DNA of 64,000 nucleotides. It comes from Patescibacteria group bacterium (GTDB taxonomy: Bacteria > Patescibacteriota > Microgenomatia > UBA1406 > GWC2-37-13). Positions 31,114 to 40,358 of this stretch are shown piece after piece. The stretch is taken from assembly GCA_041660945.1 (NCBI GenBank), contig JBAZVK010000002.1, forward strand, positions 284,882-348,881, in the 5' to 3' direction. A program made the position numbers and the translations under genes. Positions within the stretch are counted from its first letter, which is position 1, and the number at the start of each line of letters is the position of its first letter. Below the pieces are notes generated by a model, which had not been told where the DNA came from, ran no database searches, and saw only the letters and a list, made by a program, of their open reading frames with translations.

Positions 31114-31240
31114 ATGAACAAATAATCAAATAAACAAATAAAGAAATAAATGATAAAATAATTAAATTTTTGAATTAGTACATTTGTTTATTTTTAAATT
31201 TATTTAATTATTTTTTTATTTCTTTATTTAATCATTATCT
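31114..31240. repeat. AT-only intergenic element, long form with internal inverted repeat
   Basis: Both ends are homologous to the reverse complement of 52095-52173, including an exact 23-mer TTTATTTAATTATTTTTTTATTT. The first half is an inverted copy of the second half. Confidence 0.75.
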
Positions 31241-31864
31241 ATGTCTTCCCTTCCCAACAGTCTTAAAAACATTTCCTTATTTTTAGAACGTCTTCCCGGT
31301 ATTGGAGAAAAAACAGCTAATAGATTAGCTTTTTTTTTGCTTAATCTATCTGAAGAAGATTTAAAAGAATTTGCAGAAAATATTTCAAGTTTGAAATCAA
31401 AAACAAAACTTTGTAAAAATTGCTTCAATTTTACGGAAAAAGAAATATGTGAAATTTGTGAAAATAAAGAACGGGATCCTTCGATAATTTGTGTCGTCGA
31501 AACAGTTTTAGACTTGCTTTCCTTTGAACAGGGAAGAATCTATAACGGGGTTTATCATGTTCTTCATGGAAAAATAGATCCTTTAAACAGGATGGGGCCG
31601 GATAATATTAAAATTAAAGAACTGTTAGAAAGAGTTAACCGGCTAACGAGTTCACGGGTTAGCGAGTTAAAGGAAATTGTTTTAGCGACGAATCCGGATA
31701 TGGAGGGAGAAGCGACAGCGGTATATATTAAAAATAAATTAAAAATTAAAAATGAAAAATTAAAAATTTCCAGACTTGCATACGGATTACCGATGGGGGC
31801 AAATTTAGAGTACGCGGACTACATGACCCTAAAGAAAGCGATTGAGGGGAGGGGTAAGTTTTAA
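31241..31864 (+). CDS. recR: Recombination protein RecR
   Basis: HhH block LERLPGIGEKTANRLAF, a Cys4 zinc finger (CKNCFNF…CEIC), and a Toprim domain. Confidence 0.95.
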   Translation: MSSLPNSLKNISLFLERLPGIGEKTANRLAFFLLNLSEEDLKEFAENISSLKSKTKLCKNCFNFTEKEICEICENKERDPSIICVVETVLDLLSFEQGRIYNGVYHVLHGKIDPLNRMGPDNIKIKELLERVNRLTSSRVSELKEIVLATNPDMEGEATAVYIKNKLKIKNEKLKISRLAYGLPMGANLEYADYMTLKKAIEGRGKF

Positions 31865-31869
31865 GTTGG

Positions 31870-32076
31870 TTATTTTCTAGCCATCAATTTTTCAAAACCA
31901 GATAAAATATGTTTGATTTTTTCTGTATTAAATAATCTTAAAGAAAGTAATCCTTGTAAAATATTAAACGCTAAATTGTACTCGCCGGTCTTCACAAAAC
32001 CAAAAATATTAGCATTCAGAACGGATCTTGGGTCCTTGAATTTTTTAGGATCAATTTCTGGCATATTAGGTGGCAT
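31870..32076 (-). CDS. Hypothetical small protein
   Basis: The ORF opens at a TTG at 32100, with the first ATG at 32076. No motif was recognised. Confidence 0.3.
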   Translation of the reverse strand: MPPNMPEIDPKKFKDPRSVLNANIFGFVKTGEYNLAFNILQGLLSLRLFNTEKIKHILSGFEKLMARK

Positions 32077-32144
32077 TTTACTTTTTCTTCTTCTTGTCAA
32101 GACCTTTTATGAAAAATATATTGTCATGACGGTCTATAACAATT

Positions 32145-32169
32145 CTTTTGTAGGTTATAAGCGGTAGAC
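32145..32169 (+). repeat. 25-mer CTTTTGTAGGTTATAAGCGGTAGAC upstream of Y1 transposase-like gene 1
   Basis: It is identical at 25 of 25 positions to the reverse complement of 59919-59943, which lies at a similar distance upstream of the second Y1 transposase-like gene. Confidence 0.85.
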
Positions 32170-32199
32170 AGAATTATAAATATATTGTTTTATTTACTC

Positions 32200-32724
32200 A
32201 TGATTTTACATTACAGGAAATTAAACCGTCTGAAAAATTATGATTATTCGTCATCGGGTTATTATTTTGTGACGATTTGTGTACATAAACGTAGTTGTGT
32301 ATTTGGTAAAGTTAAAAATAATAAGATGATTTTGAACGTATATGGAGAAATGGCAGAACAATGTTGGTTGAACATTCCAAAACATTTTCCCGACGTAGAA
32401 TTAGATGAATTTGTAATAATGCCAAATCATGTTCATGGAATAATTATTATTTACAATTCACAATACGTAGGGAACAAAAATTTTTGTTCCCTACAAAACA
32501 ATAAATTACCATGGCAATCGAAATTATCAAAATCATTATCTTCAATTATTCGTGGATACAAAATTGGTGTAACGGAATTTTGTTTAAAAAATGAATTTAA
32601 AAAATTTGCCTGGCAAAAATCATATTATGATCACATTATTTGCAATGATTATTCTTTGTTATACATTCGTCAATATATTCGTGATAATCCGGTGAACTGG
32701 AATGAAGATAGAAATAATATTTAA
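32200..32724 (+). CDS. Y1 (HUH) transposase-like protein, IS200/RAYT family
   Basis: RLKNYDYSSSGYYFVTICV, the HUH motif MPNHVHGII, and a C-terminal Tyr block YIRQYIRDNP. The ATG at 32200 is preferred over the TTG at 32185. Confidence 0.8.
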   Translation: MILHYRKLNRLKNYDYSSSGYYFVTICVHKRSCVFGKVKNNKMILNVYGEMAEQCWLNIPKHFPDVELDEFVIMPNHVHGIIIIYNSQYVGNKNFCSLQNNKLPWQSKLSKSLSSIIRGYKIGVTEFCLKNEFKKFAWQKSYYDHIICNDYSLLYIRQYIRDNPVNWNEDRNNI

Positions 32725-33653
32725 AGCAGTTTCTTTAGTTCCTGTTCAATCAGTGGGGCGATCGAGATTTCCCTCAGTTTGGAAAACTTTTGTTCCGGTT
32801 TTAAAGCAATAGTATTGCTCATAAATATTTTTTCAATTTTGCTTTTTTCAAGAATTTCAGCAGCATTTGGCGAAAAATCGTGGTGGACAACGCAAGCGAG
32901 GACCCGCTTAGCCCCCCGTTTAAGACAGAATTCAGCTGCGTGAACTAATGTACCACCGGAGGTAATAATATCATCGACAATGATACAGGTCTTACCTTTA
33001 ACCTCTCCATATAAATTAAGAGCTTTTGATTGATGAATTTTATCAAGATTCCGTCTTTTTTCAATAACGGCGATATCGACTTCACTTGTGTGAAAAAAAT
33101 TTTCAGCAAATATCTGAGCTCTTTCCACTCCTCCTTGATCGGGAGAAACAATTGCGACATTTTCAGTATTCTTATTATCTTTTAAATAATGAGCTACTTG
33201 TCTCCCTAAAATTGAAAATGTTGAAAGGTTTTTAAATGGAATAGAAAAGATTCCCTCAGTTCCGTCATCGTGGAGATCAAAAGTATAGACTTGATTAAAA
33301 CCAATTTCTTCAATAAAACGAATAATAACATTGACGGAAACTGATTCACCGGCGCGATGTTCGCGATTTTGACGCGCATATCCAAAATAAGGAATAAAAG
33401 CAATAATTTTTTTAGCTTGCCTTCTTTTTAGGGCGTCAGCAAAAAAGAACAGCTCCATCAAATGTGTGTCAGTTGGATTAGCTGTTGGTTGGAGTATTAC
33501 ACACACTTCGTCCTTTACTTTTTCTTGAATCATTACCCTAATTTCAGAATTATCAAAACGGGTTACCTCTGACTTAGAAATAGGAACGTTGAGTAAATTT
33601 GACACCTCAACCGAAAGTTTAGGATTAGCAGAACCTGAAAATAATTTAAACAT
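32721..33653 (-). CDS. prs: Ribose-phosphate pyrophosphokinase
   Basis: YFGYARQ, DLHD, and the PRPP loop IVDDIITSGGTL. Confidence 0.95.
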   Translation of the reverse strand: MFKLFSGSANPKLSVEVSNLLNVPISKSEVTRFDNSEIRVMIQEKVKDEVCVILQPTANPTDTHLMELFFFADALKRRQAKKIIAFIPYFGYARQNREHRAGESVSVNVIIRFIEEIGFNQVYTFDLHDDGTEGIFSIPFKNLSTFSILGRQVAHYLKDNKNTENVAIVSPDQGGVERAQIFAENFFHTSEVDIAVIEKRRNLDKIHQSKALNLYGEVKGKTCIIVDDIITSGGTLVHAAEFCLKRGAKRVLACVVHHDFSPNAAEILEKSKIEKIFMSNTIALKPEQKFSKLREISIAPLIEQELKKLL

Positions 33654-33660
33654 ATAATTT

Positions 33661-33930
33661 TTAACCTTGTTGTTGCTGACTGGATATTTCGATTAATTTT
33701 TTTGCCGCCAGTTCCTGAGTTTTTTTAACGGCTTCGTTAACAATTTCGGCGATGCGATTTTCCACTATTCCGTCTACCTCAATTGATTCAATAATTTGGT
33801 CTCCCCGAATGACTACCTTAACGCCGTTTTTTTCAACGACAACTTGTTCTTGTTGCAAAGCAGCCTGCATTTTCTGGGCTTGTTGTTGTAATTTCTGCAA
33901 ATCTCCTAAAGCTCCAAAAGGATTTAACAT
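33661..33930 (-). CDS. YbaB/EbfC family nucleoid-associated protein
   Basis: 89 aa, with a Q-rich N-terminus followed by GVKVVIRGDQIIESIEVD. It lies directly downstream of dnaX. Confidence 0.88.
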   Translation of the reverse strand: MLNPFGALGDLQKLQQQAQKMQAALQQEQVVVEKNGVKVVIRGDQIIESIEVDGIVENRIAEIVNEAVKKTQELAAKKLIEISSQQQQG

Positions 33931-33965
33931 AAGACGAATAAAAAAATCTAATTTTTAATTGTTAA

Positions 33966-35027
33966 TTAATTTTTTTGTCCTACTTTATTGTAGAACTCAA
34001 TAAGGGCAATTTCAACTGGTAAAGATTCAATTGGTGTATTTCGTAAATTTTGATAAGCCTCAATCATTAATTTCATTAATAATGAAGTTTCGCTCAGGGT
34101 TAAGGTTATTTTTTTATCCTCACTTGTCAGAATATTATTCTTAATAAGAATTTGTAAATGCAATTTATTAAGAATATCTTCGATAAGATTTTTAAAATCA
34201 CCGCCATTTTGTGAAAATTCATTCACCCATACTAAAGTTTTTTTAAAATCTTTTTTTTCAATTATTTCTATCAAGTCATTCCTTCCTCTTATTCCCAAAA
34301 ATTTTTCGACATCTTCAATAGATCCAATTTTCTGGAAAGTGATCTCTTCTAAAATTTTTGCCGCATCGCGGAATGAATTTTCACTATGATCAGCAATGAG
34401 CTTTAATATATTATCATTGAACTTAATGTCTTCGTTTTTTGAAATCCTTTTTAACATTGAAAGAATGTCAGTTATGTTGGCTTTACCAAAATTTATTTTC
34501 AAGCAGCGGGATACTATGGTTTTTGGCAATTTTTCTAAATTGGTAGTTGCCAAAATAAATATTGAGGATTTAGAAGGTTCTTCCAAGGTTTTTAAAAGAG
34601 CATTAAAACCTTCATTGGTTATCATATGAGCTTCATCGATAATAAAAACTCTGTAACCGCCGGACATAGGAAGAAAAGACGTTTCCCTGATCAAGCTTTT
34701 TATTTCATCAATTCCCCTATTTGAAGCCGCATCCATTTCAATAACATCGGTAAATGAGGAAAGTCCAATGCTTTTGCAATTAGCACATTTGTTACATGGT
34801 TCGTAAGAATTGACGTTTTTTGGTGAGCCTGAGGAAAATTTATTATTTAGGCAATTGACTGCCTTAGCGAGAATTCTTGCCGTTGATGTTTTTCCTGTTC
34901 CTTTTTGGCCCACAAATAAAAAAGCATGAGGCAATGTCTTAGATTCTAGTATCTTTCCCACCATTTCCCTGACATGTAAATTGTCAATCTCCGCGATTGT
35001 TTTAGGCCGATATTTTAGGTAGAACAT
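33966..35027 (-). CDS. dnaX: DNA polymerase III gamma/tau subunit (short form)
   Basis: Walker A GQKGTGKTSTARILAKAVNC, a Zn module C..C…C..C, Walker B FIIDEAHM, and SRC. Confidence 0.9.
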   Translation of the reverse strand: MFYLKYRPKTIAEIDNLHVREMVGKILESKTLPHAFLFVGQKGTGKTSTARILAKAVNCLNNKFSSGSPKNVNSYEPCNKCANCKSIGLSSFTDVIEMDAASNRGIDEIKSLIRETSFLPMSGGYRVFIIDEAHMITNEGFNALLKTLEEPSKSSIFILATTNLEKLPKTIVSRCLKINFGKANITDILSMLKRISKNEDIKFNDNILKLIADHSENSFRDAAKILEEITFQKIGSIEDVEKFLGIRGRNDLIEIIEKKDFKKTLVWVNEFSQNGGDFKNLIEDILNKLHLQILIKNNILTSEDKKITLTLSETSLLMKLMIEAYQNLRNTPIESLPVEIALIEFYNKVGQKN

Positions 35028-35031
35028 ATTA

Positions 35032-35382
35032 TTATTTTAATAGATTCTCTATTCCATGCTTGACCAACTGATTGATCATTTCATCGACTCTTTTGTTACG
35101 TTCGGCAGCCAGTAAAATCACTAACGGATAGCAGATAACAATTTCACCTAATAAAACCTCATTTTCACCGATATTCTCATTGTATTTAAAAGATAATATC
35201 GGTAAGGTTTCCTTTTCATTTTTGTATTTTTCGGTAAAAAATTTCATCTTATTTTTACCAACAAAAACTATGTTAAAGGAATGCTCTAAAGCAATTTGTT
35301 CCTTTTCGAAAAAATCTTTTACAAAAGCCTTTATTTTTTGGCGATTAATCTTATAACGGGATGAAGAAATAATATTAATCAT
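35032..35382 (-). CDS. YbeY-like protein with an incomplete metal-binding motif
   Basis: Size and the block LGEIVICYP fit YbeY. However, the C-terminus reads LVKHGIENLLK-stop where YbeY has HGxLHLxGYDH. Confidence 0.45.
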   Translation of the reverse strand: MINIISSSRYKINRQKIKAFVKDFFEKEQIALEHSFNIVFVGKNKMKFFTEKYKNEKETLPILSFKYNENIGENEVLLGEIVICYPLVILLAAERNKRVDEMINQLVKHGIENLLK

Positions 35383-35594
35383 ATTCTTTTATATACTTTT
35401 TTAAAGACCTTTCTGTGCTTCAAAGAGCGATTTTTAGCTTTTTCTTTTTCTTCTTCCTTTCTCTTCAATGAAGGTTTTTTATAGAACATTTTTTTTCTTA
35501 AAGTATCAACAATTTCTTCATCAATGAAAGACCGTGTAAATTTTCTAAACATACTGTCTTTTGATTCACCCTTTCTTTTTATTACTAAAACCAT
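35379..35594 (-). CDS. rpsU: 30S ribosomal protein S21
   Basis: 71 aa and basic; SMFRKFTRS…FYKKPSLKRKEE fits S21. A strong SD (GGGAGGAGG) lies upstream. Confidence 0.8.
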   Translation of the reverse strand: MVLVIKRKGESKDSMFRKFTRSFIDEEIVDTLRKKMFYKKPSLKRKEEEKEKAKNRSLKHRKVFKKVYKRI

Positions 35595-35640
35595 AAATTA
35601 ATACGCCTCCTCCCAAATTAAATAATTTTCAATTATTCTA

Positions 35641-36474
35641 TTATACACTCTTAATTATTTCAATGATCGTGTTCAGGGATAAAGATGTTGGAATAAGTTT
35701 AGGATTCCCCGACGATCCGTTTAATAACATATGTTCAGATATATGGAAAAACCAGCTTCCTTTTTTGTCTTTCGTTAATATTTTTTCGTAAACGGGCTTT
35801 AAAGTATATTTCTTGTCAGGCAAGGTTTTTATCCTTGTAAAACCGACCTCCGGATGACGCCTGATGACCAGAGCAAACCCTTTCTTAAGGGCAAGCTTTA
35901 CTGTTTCCTCATTTTTTGTTTCAATAGCAAGGGATTTGCCAAGATATGACTTAAATACAAAACCGTTTTTAATTTCTTCTTCCGCGCTTACTTTATTTTT
36001 AAAAACGATTAAAGCGGCTTCAAAAAGTTGAAAGACAATTTCAATTAATTTTATTTCTTCTCTATTGATTACCTTTAATCCGTCAATCAGCTGCCGGATC
36101 ATAAAATCATACCGGTCGGAATCAGGTTCGGTATAAAAAACTTCGGCAAAATGATCGGTAGAATTAATATATTCGACAATTTTTTCAACAGCTTTTATTT
36201 CTTTTGTTTCAAGTAAATCTTTACCGATAAGATATTTATATACAAGTTTTGTTGCCGAAGTATAGTCATTAGTTTGATGATGGTCAAATTTACCCAGACC
36301 GGTATCAACATGAATGATGTTTTTACTACTTTCAGGAAGTTGACCATCTAAAGTTGTGCCCGAAGGAACAAATTTTATTTCTGCGCTATCCCAGCCCGGC
36401 AGATATTTTTTTATAAGCCAAACAGAACCGATAGCATCAAGATCTGGAGACAAATGCGTAACGATTATTTTCAT
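35641..36474 (-). CDS. DHH-family phosphoesterase-like protein
   Basis: THLSPDLDAIGS (motif I/II-like), VDTG, and FDHHQ. Confidence 0.5.
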   Translation of the reverse strand: MKIIVTHLSPDLDAIGSVWLIKKYLPGWDSAEIKFVPSGTTLDGQLPESSKNIIHVDTGLGKFDHHQTNDYTSATKLVYKYLIGKDLLETKEIKAVEKIVEYINSTDHFAEVFYTEPDSDRYDFMIRQLIDGLKVINREEIKLIEIVFQLFEAALIVFKNKVSAEEEIKNGFVFKSYLGKSLAIETKNEETVKLALKKGFALVIRRHPEVGFTRIKTLPDKKYTLKPVYEKILTKDKKGSWFFHISEHMLLNGSSGNPKLIPTSLSLNTIIEIIKSV

Positions 36475-36476
36475 TT

Positions 36477-38195
36477 TTAACCTTTAATTTTTTTAAGAAC
36501 ATCTTCTAAAGTGATCAGCTCAAATTCTTTTTCATTCCTTTTTTTGAACTCTATCTTATCCCCTGTTCTTTTAGACACAACTAACCTGATCGGTATTCCA
36601 ATTAGATCGGCATCAGAGAATTTATTTCCCGCCGTTGCGTCCATTCTATCATCGAACAATACTTCAATATTATTTTCTTTTAGAACTTTGTAAGCTTTAT
36701 TAACTTTAGAACTAATTGTTTCGTCTTTTAAATCAAGTCCAACTAAGTGAACCTGAAAAGGTGCTACCGATTCAGGCCAAACAATTCCCCTTTCGTCATG
36801 AAATTTTTCGACAATCACACCCATGATTCGTGAAGGTCCAATTCCATAGCAACCCATGTATATCGGCTTCAGTTTTCCGTCCTGATCGGTAAATTTATAA
36901 TCAAACGCGTCAGTAAATTTTGTGTAAAGCGGAAAAATATTACCGATTTCAGCCGCTTTTTTTACTAAATATTTTTCATTAGTTTCAGGGTCAAGGTCAC
37001 CGTCTTGAGCAACTTTTATATCATAAAATTCTTTCGGCAGCGGCAGATCTCTGCCGAAATTAACGTTAACTGAGTGATAATCAGTTCTATTAGCTCCGCA
37101 CTCAAAATTTAACCGATTGTTAACAGATTCATCGATATAAACATCAACTTCTTTTGGCAAGTTAATAATTCCGGCATAACCCACTTCGGCACCAGTGATT
37201 TTTTTTACAATTTCGGGTGACGCCAGTTTTAAGGCTTTGCATTCTGCAACTTTTCTTAATTTGTCTTCATTGACATCATAACCTCCGCGGACCGCAGCAG
37301 CAATTACCCTATTATCGTCGGTTTCAAAAATTAAAGTTTTAGTAGTTTTTTCAACTGGAATTTTCAAATAATCGGCTAATTCTTGAACTCCGATAATTCC
37401 TTTTCCTAAAACATCCTTTTTCGGTTGCATCGACTTATCTTTTTCGATTAACTTCGGTGCATAGCTTGGGGCTACCTCACGATTGTAATAAACTTTTTTA
37501 CTTTTAGAAAAAAATACCGTATCTTCACCGGTTTCGCAAAATGTTTGAAATTCGTGCGAATAATCATCGGTAAAAGAACCACCTGAAGCCAGTACAATCA
37601 CCGTATCATCTTTTAAACCTAATCTTTCAAATATTTTAAAATAAACTTTTTTTGAAATTTCATAATATTTTTTAAAATCTTCTATAGTCGTGTGAAAACT
37701 GTACAAGTCCTTCATTCTGAATTCTCTACCCCGTAATAATCCTGATTTAACTCTAGGTTCATTTCTAAATTTAGTTTGAATTTGATATAAAGCAAAAGGA
37801 AAATCCTTATAGCTTAGGTTAAATTTTTGGCCTAAAGGGGTAACCACTTCTTCATGGGTTGGGTTTAAAACGTACTCGGCATCATTTTTAGCCTCAGCAA
37901 ATTTATTTGCAGCGGTAGTTTTCATTAGGATATCAACAGTTCCAAGCCGGCCGGTTTTTTCCCAAGTTGATTGAGGGGCAAGCGAAGGCATAAATACTTC
38001 ATTTCCGATCACATCCATTTCTTCACGGATAATATTTTCAATTTTATTAAGGACCTTCAAACCTAAGGGTAAATATGTATAAACCCCAGCCATAACCTGG
38101 TCGATAAAACCGCCTTTTGTAAGAAATGTCGCGTTTGCCGAATCATACTGTTTAGAATCTTTTTTTGTTTTACCAAATAGTTTTGAATAAAGCAT
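36477..38195 (-). CDS. proS: Proline--tRNA ligase (bacterial type with editing insertion)
   Basis: Class II motifs FRNEPRVKSGLLRGREF and GCYGIGPSR, at 572 aa. Confidence 0.95.
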   Translation of the reverse strand: MLYSKLFGKTKKDSKQYDSANATFLTKGGFIDQVMAGVYTYLPLGLKVLNKIENIIREEMDVIGNEVFMPSLAPQSTWEKTGRLGTVDILMKTTAANKFAEAKNDAEYVLNPTHEEVVTPLGQKFNLSYKDFPFALYQIQTKFRNEPRVKSGLLRGREFRMKDLYSFHTTIEDFKKYYEISKKVYFKIFERLGLKDDTVIVLASGGSFTDDYSHEFQTFCETGEDTVFFSKSKKVYYNREVAPSYAPKLIEKDKSMQPKKDVLGKGIIGVQELADYLKIPVEKTTKTLIFETDDNRVIAAAVRGGYDVNEDKLRKVAECKALKLASPEIVKKITGAEVGYAGIINLPKEVDVYIDESVNNRLNFECGANRTDYHSVNVNFGRDLPLPKEFYDIKVAQDGDLDPETNEKYLVKKAAEIGNIFPLYTKFTDAFDYKFTDQDGKLKPIYMGCYGIGPSRIMGVIVEKFHDERGIVWPESVAPFQVHLVGLDLKDETISSKVNKAYKVLKENNIEVLFDDRMDATAGNKFSDADLIGIPIRLVVSKRTGDKIEFKKRNEKEFELITLEDVLKKIKG

Positions 38196-38209
38196 ATTTA
38201 GATTATATC

Positions 38210-38737
38210 TTATTCCTGTATTTTTTGGAGAACCTTTTTTAGAATATCCTGAAGTGAAAGATCTGAAGTATCAATAACAAGATCATAATTCTTTGGGTCC
38301 ATAAAATCGTCGCGCTTATAAATTTTTTTTAATTTGCTAAGCCAATTATTTTGGCGCTCATCAACTCGAAGTTTTGCTTCGTTTGAACTGATTTTTTCCC
38401 GATCGGCAAATCTTTGATAGCGGATATTGTCATCACAAACGAGCAAAACTTTCAAAATATTAGGGAAATTATTCGCCATAATTCCCGACATCCAGCCGTC
38501 TACTATTAAATTTCCCGGTAATTTCAGCATGTTCCGGACTTTAAAATCAATTTTTTTTGTAAGTGCTTCATTTTGCTCTTCAACATGTTCCAGGTTCAGT
38601 TTATTTTTTTTTACATATTCACGAAATAATTGTCCGGTCATAAAGACAGGCCAATTCAATTCTTTTTGCAAGCTTCTTAGGAGGGTAGACTTTCCTGTAC
38701 AAATTTTTCCTGATATGGTTATTTTATTTATGGCCAT
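38210..38737 (-). CDS. Cytidylate kinase-like P-loop NMP kinase
   Basis: It has an intact Walker A (ISGKICTGKST). Its size and layout match archaeal-type CMP kinase family proteins. Confidence 0.5.
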   Translation of the reverse strand: MAINKITISGKICTGKSTLLRSLQKELNWPVFMTGQLFREYVKKNKLNLEHVEEQNEALTKKIDFKVRNMLKLPGNLIVDGWMSGIMANNFPNILKVLLVCDDNIRYQRFADREKISSNEAKLRVDERQNNWLSKLKKIYKRDDFMDPKNYDLVIDTSDLSLQDILKKVLQKIQE

Positions 38738-39287
38738 AACCGATTTTATCCAGCACTTTACCTAACGTTTCCTGTGGGCCGGTTTTGTAAGTATCAATTA
38801 CCAAATCAAAATATTTTGGACTCCAAAAATCATAATTTCCGTATAATCTTTTCCATTTGTTCACATTTTCGCTTTCTCTATGCTTTATCCAATCTTTAGC
38901 TTGCTCTACGGTAACATTATCGCGGTTGGCGACCCGGTCGACTCTAATATCGTCGTGCTGGCAAACAAGAAGTACTTTTAATATATCCTTATATGAACGG
39001 GCAAAAAATCCTGTCAGCCACCCTTCATAAATAATTTCTTTCTCTGTTTCAAGCAACTGTTGTGTGATTGTGTCTATTTTTTTTTCATGATCATCACTTC
39101 TGGATAAAGCCCCCACTTCATTCTCTTTAAACTTAAGCTTGCGATCGTGTTCACGTTGTATAGCTCCGATATTAATGTGCTTCCAGTTTAATGAGTTAAC
39201 AAGATTTTTTGTTAAAGTTGTTGTTCCTACGGCAATTTTACCGGAAATTGTTATTAGCCGATATTTGGGTGAAATAATTTTATCCAT
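38724..39287 (-). CDS. Paralogue of the adjacent NMP kinase-like gene, with a degenerate P-loop
   Basis: It shares ILKVLLVC…R…R.A.R and overall colinearity with 38210-38737. Its Walker A reads SGKIAVGTTT, so the Lys is lost. Confidence 0.5.
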   Translation of the reverse strand: MDKIISPKYRLITISGKIAVGTTTLTKNLVNSLNWKHINIGAIQREHDRKLKFKENEVGALSRSDDHEKKIDTITQQLLETEKEIIYEGWLTGFFARSYKDILKVLLVCQHDDIRVDRVANRDNVTVEQAKDWIKHRESENVNKWKRLYGNYDFWSPKYFDLVIDTYKTGPQETLGKVLDKIGYGHK

Positions 39288-39289
39288 AT

Positions 39290-40354
39290 TTATTTTTTAA
39301 ATAATTTAATAACATCATTAATCGTAATTAAAGCCGCTAATGATAATAAAATTATAAAACCGACTAAGTTTGTATATTTTTCGAAATTTTTATTAGGTCT
39401 TTTTTTAGTTATTCCTTCGTACAATACAAAAACTAATCTTCCGCCGTCTAAGGCCGGAAAAGGAAGTACATTCATGATGGCTAAGTTGAGAGACAAAAGC
39501 GCTAAAAACTGGAGAAAGGCATTCTTACCGAACTTAACTGCTTGACCTGCTAAATTAGCAATGCCGATAGGACCCGCCACATCAACATTTTGTTTTTGAA
39601 AAGTAATAAAGCCAAAAAGCATTTTTCCCAGCTCTGATGTAATTTTGGAGGTTATATTAAAAGCTTCAACTAAACCATAATAAGGGGCACTGTACCAAGG
39701 ATATTTTTTTTCAATGAAAGAAGTTATAGCAATACCCAAAGGACCTTCGCCTTTCGGAGGGTTTATTCTGGGAACAAGGTCAACGGACAGTTGTTGATTA
39801 TCTCTTTGAACTAAAAGTTTTATGTTTTGACCGGCTGATTTCTTAGTTTTTTCAATAAGAGTATTTGATGAAGTCAAGTTAATAACATTGTCTTTAAGAA
39901 TTAATTTAATAATTATATCTCCCTCTTTTAATCCAGCGTTAGCAGCTGGAGAATTTTTAGATACTTTTTCGACAATTACCTTATTGGACGGAACAAAAAT
40001 TCCTTGCGTAACTAAATATGTAAAAATCACCCATCCCAACAAAAAATTACCGATCACTCCTCCTAAGACAATTAAAGTTTTTTGCCACGGCTTTTTATTT
40101 ACAAAGGTTCGGTCTTTTTTTGTTTTACGATTCACTTCATTGTATTCTTCCCCAAACAATTTAACAAAACCGCCAATCGGTAAAAGGTTTACGGTGTATA
40201 GGGTCTCACCTTTTTTTATGCCAAATATTTTTGGCGGCAAACCGATTCCAAATTCTTCGACCTTTACTCCCATCTTTTTAGCCATTAAAAAATGACCAAG
40301 TTCATGAACGAGGACGAGAATAGATAAAGTCAGAATGAAAATAAGTATTGTCAT
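39290..40354 (-). CDS. rseP: RIP metalloprotease RseP (M50 site-2 protease)
   Basis: HELGHF, a central PDZ domain, and NVLPFPALDGG. Confidence 0.85.
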   Translation of the reverse strand: MTILIFILTLSILVLVHELGHFLMAKKMGVKVEEFGIGLPPKIFGIKKGETLYTVNLLPIGGFVKLFGEEYNEVNRKTKKDRTFVNKKPWQKTLIVLGGVIGNFLLGWVIFTYLVTQGIFVPSNKVIVEKVSKNSPAANAGLKEGDIIIKLILKDNVINLTSSNTLIEKTKKSAGQNIKLLVQRDNQQLSVDLVPRINPPKGEGPLGIAITSFIEKKYPWYSAPYYGLVEAFNITSKITSELGKMLFGFITFQKQNVDVAGPIGIANLAGQAVKFGKNAFLQFLALLSLNLAIMNVLPFPALDGGRLVFVLYEGITKKRPNKNFEKYTNLVGFIILLSLAALITINDVIKLFKK

Positions 40355-40358
40355 TTTA

